Below are positions 39,910 to 49,137 of a DNA stretch of 64,000 nt, in pieces (position 1 is the first letter of the stretch; each line of letters opens with the position of its first letter). The DNA lies in the NCBI GenBank assembly GCA_049320885.1, contig JBMORA010000064.1, positions 64,001 to 128,000 on the forward strand. The letters are read 5' to 3'. The notes under the pieces were generated by a model that was not told the origin of the DNA, searched no databases, and saw nothing but the letters and a program-made list of their open reading frames with translations. The position numbers and the translations under genes are program-made. The stretch comes from Thermodesulfobacteriota bacterium (GTDB lineage: Bacteria; Desulfobacterota; Desulfobacteria; Desulfobacterales; SURF-7).

Positions 39910-41628
39910 TCAACTCGCTTTGGAAAACGAGCGTTCATACGACCAGTCGTCCCAGACCTTCTCAATGATTTTCATCAACAGCGGTGTGATGATTTCGTCC
40001 GCTTTTTTCCCGTACAACAGATCCAGGTGATTGGCACCCTCGATGACAAAATCGATCAGCTGGCTTTTTTCCGAACTGATCCGTACTTTTTTCAGGTCGC
40101 TGGGGGATGAGAGATGATAGCGTCTTTTTATCCGGTGGGGATAGTACTGGCTGTAACGAAGGTTCTGGGTCGAGGCGAGATGGTCGTTCGTGCCCCAGAA
40201 ATGGAATACGGGTATATCTTCCGGGAACCAGCCGAGGGATTCCGAATAATTCAGCCGGCTCTCGTCCATGCGCTTGAACCCCTTGCCGTCATAGATCGCC
40301 TTCAGGCACTGAAAACCCAGTCCCAGCGGAATGGACTGGGTGGCGGTTTTCAGGTAGCGCTCGACGAAATACTTGTCGTTTTTATGATTTTCAGGGGAAA
40401 TCAGGAAATTCAGTTCGCCGATATTGTGGTTGGAAAGAAAACGGATGATCTGCTTCAGCATGGGCAGTTCCGTCAAGACTTTGGAAATTTCCTGGACCGG
40501 CACCTGCTGGAAACGGAAAATGCGGGACAAATGATTCAGCCACAGGGCCGTGGGGAAAAACAGATGGGATTTTTTTTCGAAAAATTTGGGCGAGCCCAGG
40601 GAAACGATGCCCCGGACCATCTTCAGATACTGGCTGGCTTCCGCGGCCGGGGGCAGGATCTGGTTCAATATTTCCTTCTGGTGGTTGTCGAAGAGTTGAA
40701 TATCGTCCAGGTAGCGGCGCAGGGACCAGTTCAGCACCATATACTCGGAAACCAGTCCGCCCATGCTGTGTCCCACCAGGAAGGTCGGCTTGCCGTAGCT
40801 CCGGCTGTTTAAAAACCGGACCACGGTCGCCAGGTCGAAATCGATCAGGGTGTCGACGGTATACAGGGGGTCGAAACGCCCCTCGTTGACGCCCACGCCT
40901 CTGGGGTCGAAAAGATATACCCAGCAGCCTTTATCCGCCAGATCCTTGGCAAGGGAATAACGGTTGTTGATGTTGAAGCAATTGCTGTTGTTGGCGAATC
41001 CGGGCACCAGAACCACCGCCGGATGGTTGTCGCCGGCCGTCACCGCCTCCATGCTCACCAGGCGGCGAAAGGCGATTTCCTTGCCTTCATCCGTGAAATC
41101 ACGATAATACACCGTTTCATAATCCCCGCGGCCGTTCCGGCTGGCTTCCTCGATCTTGCTTTCGAAGTAGATCGGAACCGAATCGGAGCGCAACGATTCT
41201 TTCAGAATCCGGCGGCGGCGGGCGACGTTGAGAATGGTGGGGATTTGTTTCTTGGGGATATTGAACCGCTTCAGCGATAAATACGCCAGATCCTTTTCGG
41301 AAAGCAGGATGACGTTTTCGGTCAAACGCAGCCTGCCTTTCTCCAGTTCGTCGACGACCACCAGTTTGATCTCATCCCGCTGAATCCGGACTCCGGTGGC
41401 GTTCAGGAACATGTGGTACAACGCCAGGGCCAGCTTGCCCACGGCGTCGGTGCGGATTTCCTCCTGGCTGACGATCAGTTCCTTTGAAACCGGCAAGCCC
41501 ATGTTGATCTGGCCCTTATAGAATTTGCTATAGGCATTGTAGCCGGAATTGATCAACAGCGTCGGTATGTCGTTGACGACGCAGCGGGTGAATGAACCGC
41601 CCAGCTTATTCAACTTCTTGAAAATCAT
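39910..41628 (-). CDS. Alpha/beta-fold serine hydrolase (lipase/esterase-like) with an extra N-terminal domain
   Basis: LVPGF (oxyanion), DPRGVG, GHSMGG (Ser nucleophile), WGTNDHL (Asp), NHLDL (His). ATGA-coupled to the upstream reductase-like gene. Confidence 0.85.
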   Translation of the reverse strand: MIFKKLNKLGGSFTRCVVNDIPTLLINSGYNAYSKFYKGQINMGLPVSKELIVSQEEIRTDAVGKLALALYHMFLNATGVRIQRDEIKLVVVDELEKGRLRLTENVILLSEKDLAYLSLKRFNIPKKQIPTILNVARRRRILKESLRSDSVPIYFESKIEEASRNGRGDYETVYYRDFTDEGKEIAFRRLVSMEAVTAGDNHPAVVLVPGFANNSNCFNINNRYSLAKDLADKGCWVYLFDPRGVGVNEGRFDPLYTVDTLIDFDLATVVRFLNSRSYGKPTFLVGHSMGGLVSEYMVLNWSLRRYLDDIQLFDNHQKEILNQILPPAAEASQYLKMVRGIVSLGSPKFFEKKSHLFFPTALWLNHLSRIFRFQQVPVQEISKVLTELPMLKQIIRFLSNHNIGELNFLISPENHKNDKYFVERYLKTATQSIPLGLGFQCLKAIYDGKGFKRMDESRLNYSESLGWFPEDIPVFHFWGTNDHLASTQNLRYSQYYPHRIKRRYHLSSPSDLKKVRISSEKSQLIDFVIEGANHLDLLYGKKADEIITPLLMKIIEKVWDDWSYERSFSKAS

Positions 41629-43685
41629 CCCTTCTTCAACTCCTTGACAGCGAGTTTTTTAACGGTGTCAATATCCTCGTCGCTGATGACACCTTCCACC
41701 CCTGAAATTGCAGCAAGCTTCATGCCATGTTTAAGGCCCAAGCGATAAATTTCGCGGACTTTGTCCCATTGGGGCGCGGAGCCCACGGTAAATGTCTCGA
41801 ATCGGCCTTCCAGCGCCAAAATGATGGTTTCAGCCAGGCCGGCGTAAGCCACCTTCGGCGGCAGACCGATATCCTTCATTTCCACTTCTTCACCGGGAAG
41901 AAGAATCTCGCCGCTGCGGATTACCAAAACATCGGGCCTTTTGGCAACATGCTTTTTGGAAAACACCATGGGTCTGGTGATGTCCGTGATGACGCATCCA
42001 GGCTTGACCTGCATGATGTCCAGCACGCGACCCGCCCCGGAGCTGGCCGCCACGATGACATCCATTTCTCCCAGGTATGTATCCGCGCGCGTGGAAATAT
42101 GCAGTTTTACGTCGGGGGCTTCTTCCATGATCGATTCCTGCAGCGCCAGCAGCTTGGCAATATTCCGGCCCACCAGGTATACTTCCTCGAAAGCACGGGC
42201 CAGGAGTCGCGAGCAGATGACGCCCACCGGACCCGTGGCACCGATCACCATGGTTTTGGCGCTGAGGATTTTCTTGCCCTTTTTAATTTTGGCAAGCCCC
42301 ATCCGACGCACCGCCTCCGCCGCGGCCCAAAGCGCGGCGGAGGCGACATAGCTGTTTCCCGTTGTTATGGGTAATGCGGCGTGTTTGGCGACTTCCATGC
42401 TGGAATCTTTCAATTCCCGCGGCATCATCCCGATCCCCATGATCTGGGCGCCCAGCTTTTTGGCGATATTCGCCGCTTGCAGGATGCGCTTTTTTGTAAA
42501 ATCGGGAGGATGGGCCGTCATCTGTTCCGGTGTTTCGCCCAGGGCGATCAGCCAGCCTTCCGCTTCCACACCGGTTGCAGACCGGATGCCCGTTACTTTG
42601 GAATAGACGAAGGGCGGCGAATACGCCATGACTTTTTCCACCACGCCCATTACCCCGGGAGTCATATCGGCCAGGACTTCGATGGGCTTTAGTTTTTTGA
42701 GAAACTCCTGGTTCAGGGGGTGCACGAGGTAGGCAAAGCGGTTGACGCGCTTCGGTTGCCCGGCCGGATAAACGATTCTCGGCTCCATGTTCATTTCCGT
42801 TATGATGTCGAGGAGATCGTCGCCGCTTCGATTTTCCTTGGGAATGTTCAAGGCCGCAATCAACAGCGCTTCCAGAACGCAAACGCCGACTACCTCCTTG
42901 ATCAGGGCAGGGGTGGTGTCGATGATGACATCCACCTCCTTTTCTTTCAGAAATTCCAGCCGGTCGTCATAGGCGGTGGAGGTGATGATGGTTTTCCCTT
43001 TCAGATCGCCGTCGCCCAGCAGTTTCAAATAACCGAAAAAATTGCTGTGAGGCACCACGATGATCTGGGCTTTTTGGGCTGCCTGGCGCAGAAGATATTC
43101 GTTCAGGCTGCGCAGGGGTTTGACATCGGATAATAGTTTCCGGCCGGGGAGCCATTCCATGGCCGGCCGCACCTTGCCGGCATATAGCCGGAATTCTTCC
43201 AGGGAATTGATAAGCCTGGGCAGGGTGTTTTCAATCAACGGGTCGGCGAAGCCCAGATTGACGGTGTATTCCGACATGACCTGGGCGATATTGTAGCTGG
43301 ACATGCCTGAAAAAAAGAGCACCCTGGCATTATTGAAATAATTGTTGCCGAATTTGAACTGGGTATGGCGCAGGGACCATTCATGCCCCACGTCGCGTAA
43401 TGTCTTCCCGGTTGTCACCGGGGTTTCCAGGGTTTTTCCCAACCGTAGGAGCTTTTGGGTCTTCGGGTCCGGACCGGCTTTGCGTCCGACGTTATATGGG
43501 AAGCGGATGCCGCCCAGACCGATGGCGTCGGCCTTCTTGTTCCATTGGAGCATCAGGTCCGAGGCTTGCTCATAATCGCCATCCGTTCCGAAACGCCGGA
43601 TGCAGAATTTTTGATTCATGAAGCGGGTCTCAAATTCGTAATCGTCCCGGCTCGGGCCGAGGCTGATGTCAACGATTTGTTTCAA
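41625..43685 (-). CDS. Two-domain acyl-ACP/acyl-CoA reductase (AAR)-like protein, paralog B; catalytic Cys replaced by Gly
   Basis: C-half has SPPFV..VTGIRSATG..AEGW, TTGNSY, GATGPVG, AYAGLAE..LALEG. TTG start at 43685 after AGGAGG. Full-length paralog of the next gene. Confidence 0.8.
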   Translation of the reverse strand: MKQIVDISLGPSRDDYEFETRFMNQKFCIRRFGTDGDYEQASDLMLQWNKKADAIGLGGIRFPYNVGRKAGPDPKTQKLLRLGKTLETPVTTGKTLRDVGHEWSLRHTQFKFGNNYFNNARVLFFSGMSSYNIAQVMSEYTVNLGFADPLIENTLPRLINSLEEFRLYAGKVRPAMEWLPGRKLLSDVKPLRSLNEYLLRQAAQKAQIIVVPHSNFFGYLKLLGDGDLKGKTIITSTAYDDRLEFLKEKEVDVIIDTTPALIKEVVGVCVLEALLIAALNIPKENRSGDDLLDIITEMNMEPRIVYPAGQPKRVNRFAYLVHPLNQEFLKKLKPIEVLADMTPGVMGVVEKVMAYSPPFVYSKVTGIRSATGVEAEGWLIALGETPEQMTAHPPDFTKKRILQAANIAKKLGAQIMGIGMMPRELKDSSMEVAKHAALPITTGNSYVASAALWAAAEAVRRMGLAKIKKGKKILSAKTMVIGATGPVGVICSRLLARAFEEVYLVGRNIAKLLALQESIMEEAPDVKLHISTRADTYLGEMDVIVAASSGAGRVLDIMQVKPGCVITDITRPMVFSKKHVAKRPDVLVIRSGEILLPGEEVEMKDIGLPPKVAYAGLAETIILALEGRFETFTVGSAPQWDKVREIYRLGLKHGMKLAAISGVEGVISDEDIDTVKKLAVKELKKG

Positions 43686-43696
43686 GGTGACCTCCT

Positions 43697-45760
43697 CTAG
43701 TTCAGCGCCGCTTTTTTGGCTTCCAGTGCGAGTTTCTTGACCCTGGCGATATCCTCGTCCGTGAACACGCCGTCCACGCCGGATATGGCTGCCAGCTTCA
43801 TGCCGTGTTTCAGACCCAGTTTGTAAATTTCCTTCACTTTTTCCCATTCGATGTCCCGACCGATGGTGAACACCTCGAAGCGTCCTTCCAGGGCCAGGAC
43901 AATGGTTTCGGCCAGGCAGGCATAGGCGACCTTGTGGGGCAGGCCGATGTTTTTCATTTCCGGATTGCCGGGCAATTCAATTTCACCGGATTCGATGACG
44001 AGAACATCCGGACGTTTGGCCACATCTTCCGGCGAAAGATCCAGGGGGCGGGCCACATCGGTGATGACGCATCCGGGTTTGACCTTGGTAATGTCCAGAA
44101 CCGTTTTCCCGGCACCGGAAGTGGCCGTGACAATGACATCCATGTCCGGCAGATAGGTATCCGGCCGTGTGGTGACTTTGATTTTCACTTCCGGGTTTTC
44201 CTGCAAAATTGATTCTTTCAGCGCCATGAGTTTGGCGGTGTTGCGGCCCACCATGTACACTTCGTCGAATGCCGTTGCCAACAGGCGGCAGCAAACCGAT
44301 CCGATGGCCCCGGTGGCGCCCAGCACCATGGATTTCCCCATGATTTTCTTTCCTTTTTCAATCTTGATCAGCCCCATGCGCCTGACGGCGTCCGCGGCGG
44401 CCCAGAGAGCGCCGGAGGCGCTGTAACTGTTGCCCGTCGTGATGGGGATATCGGCTTTCTTGGCCACGGTGACTCCCGCATCGCCGACCACTTTGGTGAA
44501 GGCGCCGAGGCCCATGATCTGGGCGCCCATGCGTTTGGCCATTCTGGCGGCTTGCAGCAGGCGTTTGTAGGTGAACTCCGGACTGTGGGCGAGCATCTGT
44601 TTCGGCGTCCCGCCCACGGTGATCAGCCAGCCTTCCGCTTCCGCGCCGGTGGGGGATTTGATGCCGGTTACCCGGGAATAAACCCACGGTGGCGCGTAGG
44701 CGACCACTTTTTCGACCGCGTCCAGGAAGACCGGTGGGGTAAAGCTGGCCATGAAATCCACGGCTTTGTCCTTTTTCAGGAATTCCTTTGATAAAGGATG
44801 GATAACAAACGCGAAGCGGTTGATGCGTTTCGGGTTGCCCGAGGGATAGACGATCCGCGGATCCATCTTTTGAGCGCTGATGATTTCCAACAGGTCGTCC
44901 GACCGGACCTGGTCCCGGTTTCTTCCCATGGCGGCGATGATCAAGGCTTCCAGTAAATTGGGGGGGACCACCCTTTCCAGGATTTTTGGGGTTGTATCGA
45001 TGATGACATCGACGCCCCTTTCTTTCAGAAAGGAAATTCTGTCATCATAGGCAGTGGAGGTGATGATGGTTTTACCGCCCAATTCCTCAATGGAGGTGTT
45101 TTTCAGGTATTCGTGGAAATCATGATGCGGCACCACGATAATGTTGGCTTTCTGCATCGCTTTTCTAAGAATGAAATCGTTCCAGGATTGAATGGGCACG
45201 ACGGAACCGGTCAGCCGTTTGCTCGGCACCCATTGCAGAATTTCATGAAAACCGTGGGCGTAGGATTCCAGATCCTTGAGGGAGTTGATAAACTTGGGGA
45301 TGCCGTTTTCCAGGATCGGATCCGCAAAGGAAAGGTTGTCGGTGAATTCGGACATGACCTTGGCAATACGGTAACTCACCATGCCGGACAGGAACAGGAC
45401 TTTGGCATTGCTGAAATAGTTGCCGAATTTGTATTCGATATAGCGCAGCGACCATTCGAAGGAAACGTCGCGCAGCCGGTCTCCCATGGTGACCGGTGTC
45501 TGGATTTGAGTTCCCAGCTCTTTCAGCTTGTTGCTGTTTTTTCTTGTCAGATAGCGGGGACCGATACCGTAAGGGCTTCTAACGCCCCCCAGACCGATGG
45601 CGGCCGCCTCCTTATCCCATTTCAGCAACAGGGCGGCGGCTTTTTCCATATCGCCGTCGGTACCCAGCCGTTTGATCAGGAAATCCTGCCCAAGGAATTC
45701 GGTTTCAAACTCATAATTTTTATCGCTCGGCCCTAGGCTGATGCTGACGACCTTTTTCAC
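43697..45760 (-). CDS. Two-domain acyl-ACP/acyl-CoA reductase (AAR)-like protein, paralog A; Cys intact
   Basis: FAFVIHPL, APPWV..VTGIKSPTG, GLGAFT, TTGNSY, GATGAIGS, DVARP, AYACLAE..LALEG..FTIGR..KHG. These match the motif order of cyanobacterial AAR (APP, SATG, TTGN, GATGDIGS, FACFAE). GTG start at 45760. Confidence 0.82.
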   Translation of the reverse strand: MKKVVSISLGPSDKNYEFETEFLGQDFLIKRLGTDGDMEKAAALLLKWDKEAAAIGLGGVRSPYGIGPRYLTRKNSNKLKELGTQIQTPVTMGDRLRDVSFEWSLRYIEYKFGNYFSNAKVLFLSGMVSYRIAKVMSEFTDNLSFADPILENGIPKFINSLKDLESYAHGFHEILQWVPSKRLTGSVVPIQSWNDFILRKAMQKANIIVVPHHDFHEYLKNTSIEELGGKTIITSTAYDDRISFLKERGVDVIIDTTPKILERVVPPNLLEALIIAAMGRNRDQVRSDDLLEIISAQKMDPRIVYPSGNPKRINRFAFVIHPLSKEFLKKDKAVDFMASFTPPVFLDAVEKVVAYAPPWVYSRVTGIKSPTGAEAEGWLITVGGTPKQMLAHSPEFTYKRLLQAARMAKRMGAQIMGLGAFTKVVGDAGVTVAKKADIPITTGNSYSASGALWAAADAVRRMGLIKIEKGKKIMGKSMVLGATGAIGSVCCRLLATAFDEVYMVGRNTAKLMALKESILQENPEVKIKVTTRPDTYLPDMDVIVTATSGAGKTVLDITKVKPGCVITDVARPLDLSPEDVAKRPDVLVIESGEIELPGNPEMKNIGLPHKVAYACLAETIVLALEGRFEVFTIGRDIEWEKVKEIYKLGLKHGMKLAAISGVDGVFTDEDIARVKKLALEAKKAALN

Positions 45761-45809
45761 AGGCTCCTCCTGCAAATATGTTAAGGGTGCGACTTCCGTA
45801 CTTATTGAA

Positions 45810-46055
45810 TCAACAACCTACATCTTCGCCGTCGTTCCCGATGGCATTCACCGGGCAGATATCCATGGCTTCAAGGCAGCAGTCTTCCTCTTCCGCCGAT
45901 GAGGGCTGTTTGTAAAAGAATTCATATCCCTCCTCCAGATTCGAACGGATATTGTCCGCTGCGATTTCGACACACAGGGTGCAATTGATGCAGGAAACGT
46001 CCACATAATACCGCCCCCGGACGTTTTCTTTTATTTTTTTCGTTTTATCCGGCAA
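45810..46055 (-). CDS. Single-cluster ferredoxin
   Basis: YYVDVSCINCTLC...CPVNAI. Confidence 0.88.
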   Translation of the reverse strand: MPDKTKKIKENVRGRYYVDVSCINCTLCVEIAADNIRSNLEEGYEFFYKQPSSAEEEDCCLEAMDICPVNAIGNDGEDVGC

Positions 46056-46126
46056 CGCAGTGTCCGTTCTCCCTCATTGCTCCGCCGCTGAAACGGGAAA
46101 TGCGTCATTTTTTCCGAAAAAATGAA

Positions 46127-46318
46127 TCACCGGCGGTTTATCCCGGTGTCCGCGCGATAGCCCAGAAACAACAAGGCGATGAAAGGCAATTCGACCATGA
46201 ATTCGAGCGCAAACCCCAATACAATCAGCAGCAGGATCAGCGGCAGTTTGACGAACGTGAAGTAGGCACGCGAGAGTTTCGCTTTGATGGTCCCATGTAA
46301 TTCAGTTGCCGGCAGCAA
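46127..46318 (-). CDS. Small hydrophobic membrane/hairpin protein (63 aa)
   Basis: Strong SD (GAGGAGG) just upstream of the TTG start, a ~35-residue hydrophobic stretch, and position in line between WS/DGAT and the ferredoxin. Confidence 0.55.
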   Translation of the reverse strand: MLPATELHGTIKAKLSRAYFTFVKLPLILLLIVLGFALEFMVELPFIALLFLGYRADTGINRR

Positions 46319-46363
46319 ATCGAAATTCCTCCTCTTTGGATTTTTTCTACTGTTTCCGATTTT

Positions 46364-48025
46364 TCAGCGTATCAGCTCCCGCATGATCTGCGCAACGTCC
46401 TGCAGCTGCACGTCCTCTTCGTGTTGTTGCTGATGGACGCTGCAATAGTCGGAACCGGGCAGCGGCTGCCTGCGACAGGGCTTGCCGCTTTTGGTTTCGG
46501 CTTGACAACGCGCGGGCCCCCGGCTTTTCGGTTTTTCCTTTTTCAAGCTTTTGGCGGCCTTGGCTTCCTGGTATCGATCATGAAGAACCAGCGGTTCGTC
46601 ATAAATTTTTCCGGATTTCACCAAATCCAGCAGGAAATTGAATTCTTCTTCGAATCCCTCCAGGAGCAGTTCCGGATCCGGCATCAATTTTTCATCGGCG
46701 GCGATACCCACCGTGACCTTCCCGTCATAGCTCAAAATACTGATTCCCAAACCGATTTTCCCGGAACGGGGAACCCAGAACATGATGTTGTTGATCTTTT
46801 TCCCGGCGAAATACAGCGGCTGCCTTGGTCCGGGAACATTCGTCATGACGCCCGAGGCCTTGTTTCCGAAAAGCTGGGCCGCCTTGCGGGCCAGGGCGGG
46901 AGGGAGGTAGCCGATGGCGCTGAGCAGGCCGAAATTGATATAGGGATCCGGCGCTTTCTTCAGCTGATCCATGCGTCTTTTGACCTCTTTGAGTCTCAGT
47001 ACCGGGTCTTCCAGGTAAACCGGCAGGGGCAGAAACACCAGACTGAATTTATTGCCCAGCTCGAATTCCGTTCCCGGTTTGCGAATGTTCACCGGGACGG
47101 TGACACGCAGGTCAAGCTCATTGACAGGGGTTTTCCTCGTTTTCAAATAGCGGCGCATGGCCCCGGTGACGGTGGCGATCAGTACATCATTCAGGGTGGC
47201 GGTGCTGATGGCTTTCCCGACGGTTTTTATCTTATCGAGAGGCATCGGTTCCGTCCAGGCGACCTTTTTCCGTACGCCTAATTTGCCCTTGAAGGCGGTA
47301 TCGGGATCCGACGACATGATGGTGTGCTTGGAAAGCACGGAAGCGAAATCGGTCGGGAGACAGCTGGTATTTTTTGCCAATTTTTTTAAATAGTCGGCAT
47401 CCGTCGCGGCCTTTTCGATTTCCCTTATCATCCTGCTGCTGAATTTCCGGCCGGCCCCCGCCGTGTCCTTGACCCTGCGGATCACGGCGTCGACGGACAG
47501 TAGCGGATCTATAGCCGATTTGCCTGATTTTTTTCGGGGTTCGCTTTTCGGCCAGGGCGCATTGGGATCCGTATCGGCGGCTGACAACAGCACATGGATG
47601 AGGGAGATGCCGTCCGCAATGCAATGGTGAATCCGGAAAAACAGAACGCAGCCATTGCCGTAATTTTCGATCAGATGGATCTGCCACAGGGGCTTGTCCG
47701 GATCCAGGGGGCTGATGGTCAGGTTGGCGATCATTTCCTGCAGATCTTTTTTATCCCCCGGCTTCGGCAGGGCAACCCGTTGCAGATGGGATTTCAGATC
47801 GTAATTCTTGTCCGTCTCCCAGAAGGGCAGACCGATGCCCGACTTGGGCCGGACGATGCGCATCTGGAACCGGGGAAAGGAGGCCAGCCGGCTTTCAATG
47901 GTGGCATACAATCGATTGTAATCCAAAAGCGACTCAAATTCCATGAAAGCGGTAATCACCATCAGGTTGGTGGGATCATCCATACAAAGCCAGAAATTAT
48001 CGGCATTGGTCATTCGTTCGGCCAT
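46364..48025 (-). CDS. Wax ester synthase/diacylglycerol acyltransferase (WS/DGAT) with C-terminal CCCH extension
   Basis: PLDPDKPLWQ, catalytic HHCIADG, TLNDV, VPVNIR, LGN, TNVPGP, SILSYDG. The tail carries C-x9-C-x10-C-x2-H. Confidence 0.93.
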   Translation of the reverse strand: MAERMTNADNFWLCMDDPTNLMVITAFMEFESLLDYNRLYATIESRLASFPRFQMRIVRPKSGIGLPFWETDKNYDLKSHLQRVALPKPGDKKDLQEMIANLTISPLDPDKPLWQIHLIENYGNGCVLFFRIHHCIADGISLIHVLLSAADTDPNAPWPKSEPRKKSGKSAIDPLLSVDAVIRRVKDTAGAGRKFSSRMIREIEKAATDADYLKKLAKNTSCLPTDFASVLSKHTIMSSDPDTAFKGKLGVRKKVAWTEPMPLDKIKTVGKAISTATLNDVLIATVTGAMRRYLKTRKTPVNELDLRVTVPVNIRKPGTEFELGNKFSLVFLPLPVYLEDPVLRLKEVKRRMDQLKKAPDPYINFGLLSAIGYLPPALARKAAQLFGNKASGVMTNVPGPRQPLYFAGKKINNIMFWVPRSGKIGLGISILSYDGKVTVGIAADEKLMPDPELLLEGFEEEFNFLLDLVKSGKIYDEPLVLHDRYQEAKAAKSLKKEKPKSRGPARCQAETKSGKPCRRQPLPGSDYCSVHQQQHEEDVQLQDVAQIMRELIR

Positions 48026-48339
48026 TTTGACGCTCCTCGATTTAAATTTATTAAGAAATCGAAAAGTTGACTTGTGTTAAAATATCCTATGACGTGAAAA
48101 ATGCAACAGAAAAATACGGAAGCGCCGGGCACCTTGCCATTCAGGACATTTTATCGCCATGGATCGGCTTTCGGAATACGCAGGAAATCTATTGAATGGG
48201 TTTTTACGCAGCCAATGGGAAAAATCCGCAAGGGCTCGTCCGGATGCCGGATCAAATCACGGCATGCACGAGCCCTTGCCGTCCAATGAGACTGCTCGTT
48301 GGGTTGTCGCCTGACCGCCGTTCCGCGGCTATATACGGT

Positions 48340-48813
48340 TCACGCATTCTGTCCCAGGCTGGGTGATATCTGTTCCGGCTCTTTTTCAGCCGGCATTTCG
48401 GGTTTTACCGCGGGTTTGGTTTGGGGTTTCTGGGCCTTGGTCATTTGCCGGGCCTGGATCCGTTCCAGTTCTTCCACTTTTTGGGCCAATTTTTTCAGGC
48501 TGTTGTTCAGTTTTTGGACCTGCTCTTTATTGGCCAGGTTCATTATTTCCAGTACTTTATTGATACGGGTGTCGACCTGGTTGCTGATCCATTTTTTGAT
48601 GTTTTCCGGTTTCAAAGGCGCTTCTTTTTTCTTGCTCGATGCGGCTGTCAATTGGGCGGTCACGGCTTTGGTCACATCCTTGCCGGTGCTGCTGAGAACC
48701 ACCTTGCACTTTTTTTTGCTCTTGATGATGTCGGACAATTGTTCCCTGGTGATGTATTCCTTGTTCAGCGTGTCATACAGTTTCCCGTTGGCGTATTTTT
48801 TGATCAACAGCAT
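48340..48813 (-). CDS. PhaR-like (PHB_acc_N DNA-binding domain) fused to a phasin-like C-terminus
   Basis: IKKYANGKLYDT...YIT...TGKDVT, then C-terminal MNLANKEQV coiled coil and a Pro/Lys-rich tail. Confidence 0.8.
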   Translation of the reverse strand: MLLIKKYANGKLYDTLNKEYITREQLSDIIKSKKKCKVVLSSTGKDVTKAVTAQLTAASSKKKEAPLKPENIKKWISNQVDTRINKVLEIMNLANKEQVQKLNNSLKKLAQKVEELERIQARQMTKAQKPQTKPAVKPEMPAEKEPEQISPSLGQNA

Positions 48814-49137
48814 GGCTTTCCTCCTTCGATAATGTTGGTAGAAATGCTTTCAAAATATTTCCGTCGCTTCGGATACCGGAAAACCATGCCGACCGGGGCT
48901 CCGGGGCATCAGGGGATGGATTTTCCCACCTGGTTCCCCGCATTGGCAACTCTTTGAAACTGGTTCCGAACCCGATTGAAGATTTTGAAAATACTTCTAC
49001 TGGGTTTGTCTGGGTTTGTGGTCATGGTGGCCGTTCCGCCCGGTCTTGCCCAAGCGGAACGGCCATGGTTTTTTCAGCCGGTGGCTTCGCCGAAAAACGA
49101 AAAAACAACATCACCGGCAAAAGGGAAGGTTTTAAAA

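Noticed and set aside
39910..41628. Possible PHA synthase (PhaC), given nearby PhaR/phasin genes
   Set aside because: The nucleophile elbow is GHSMGG (Ser), not the PhaC G-x-C-x-G box.
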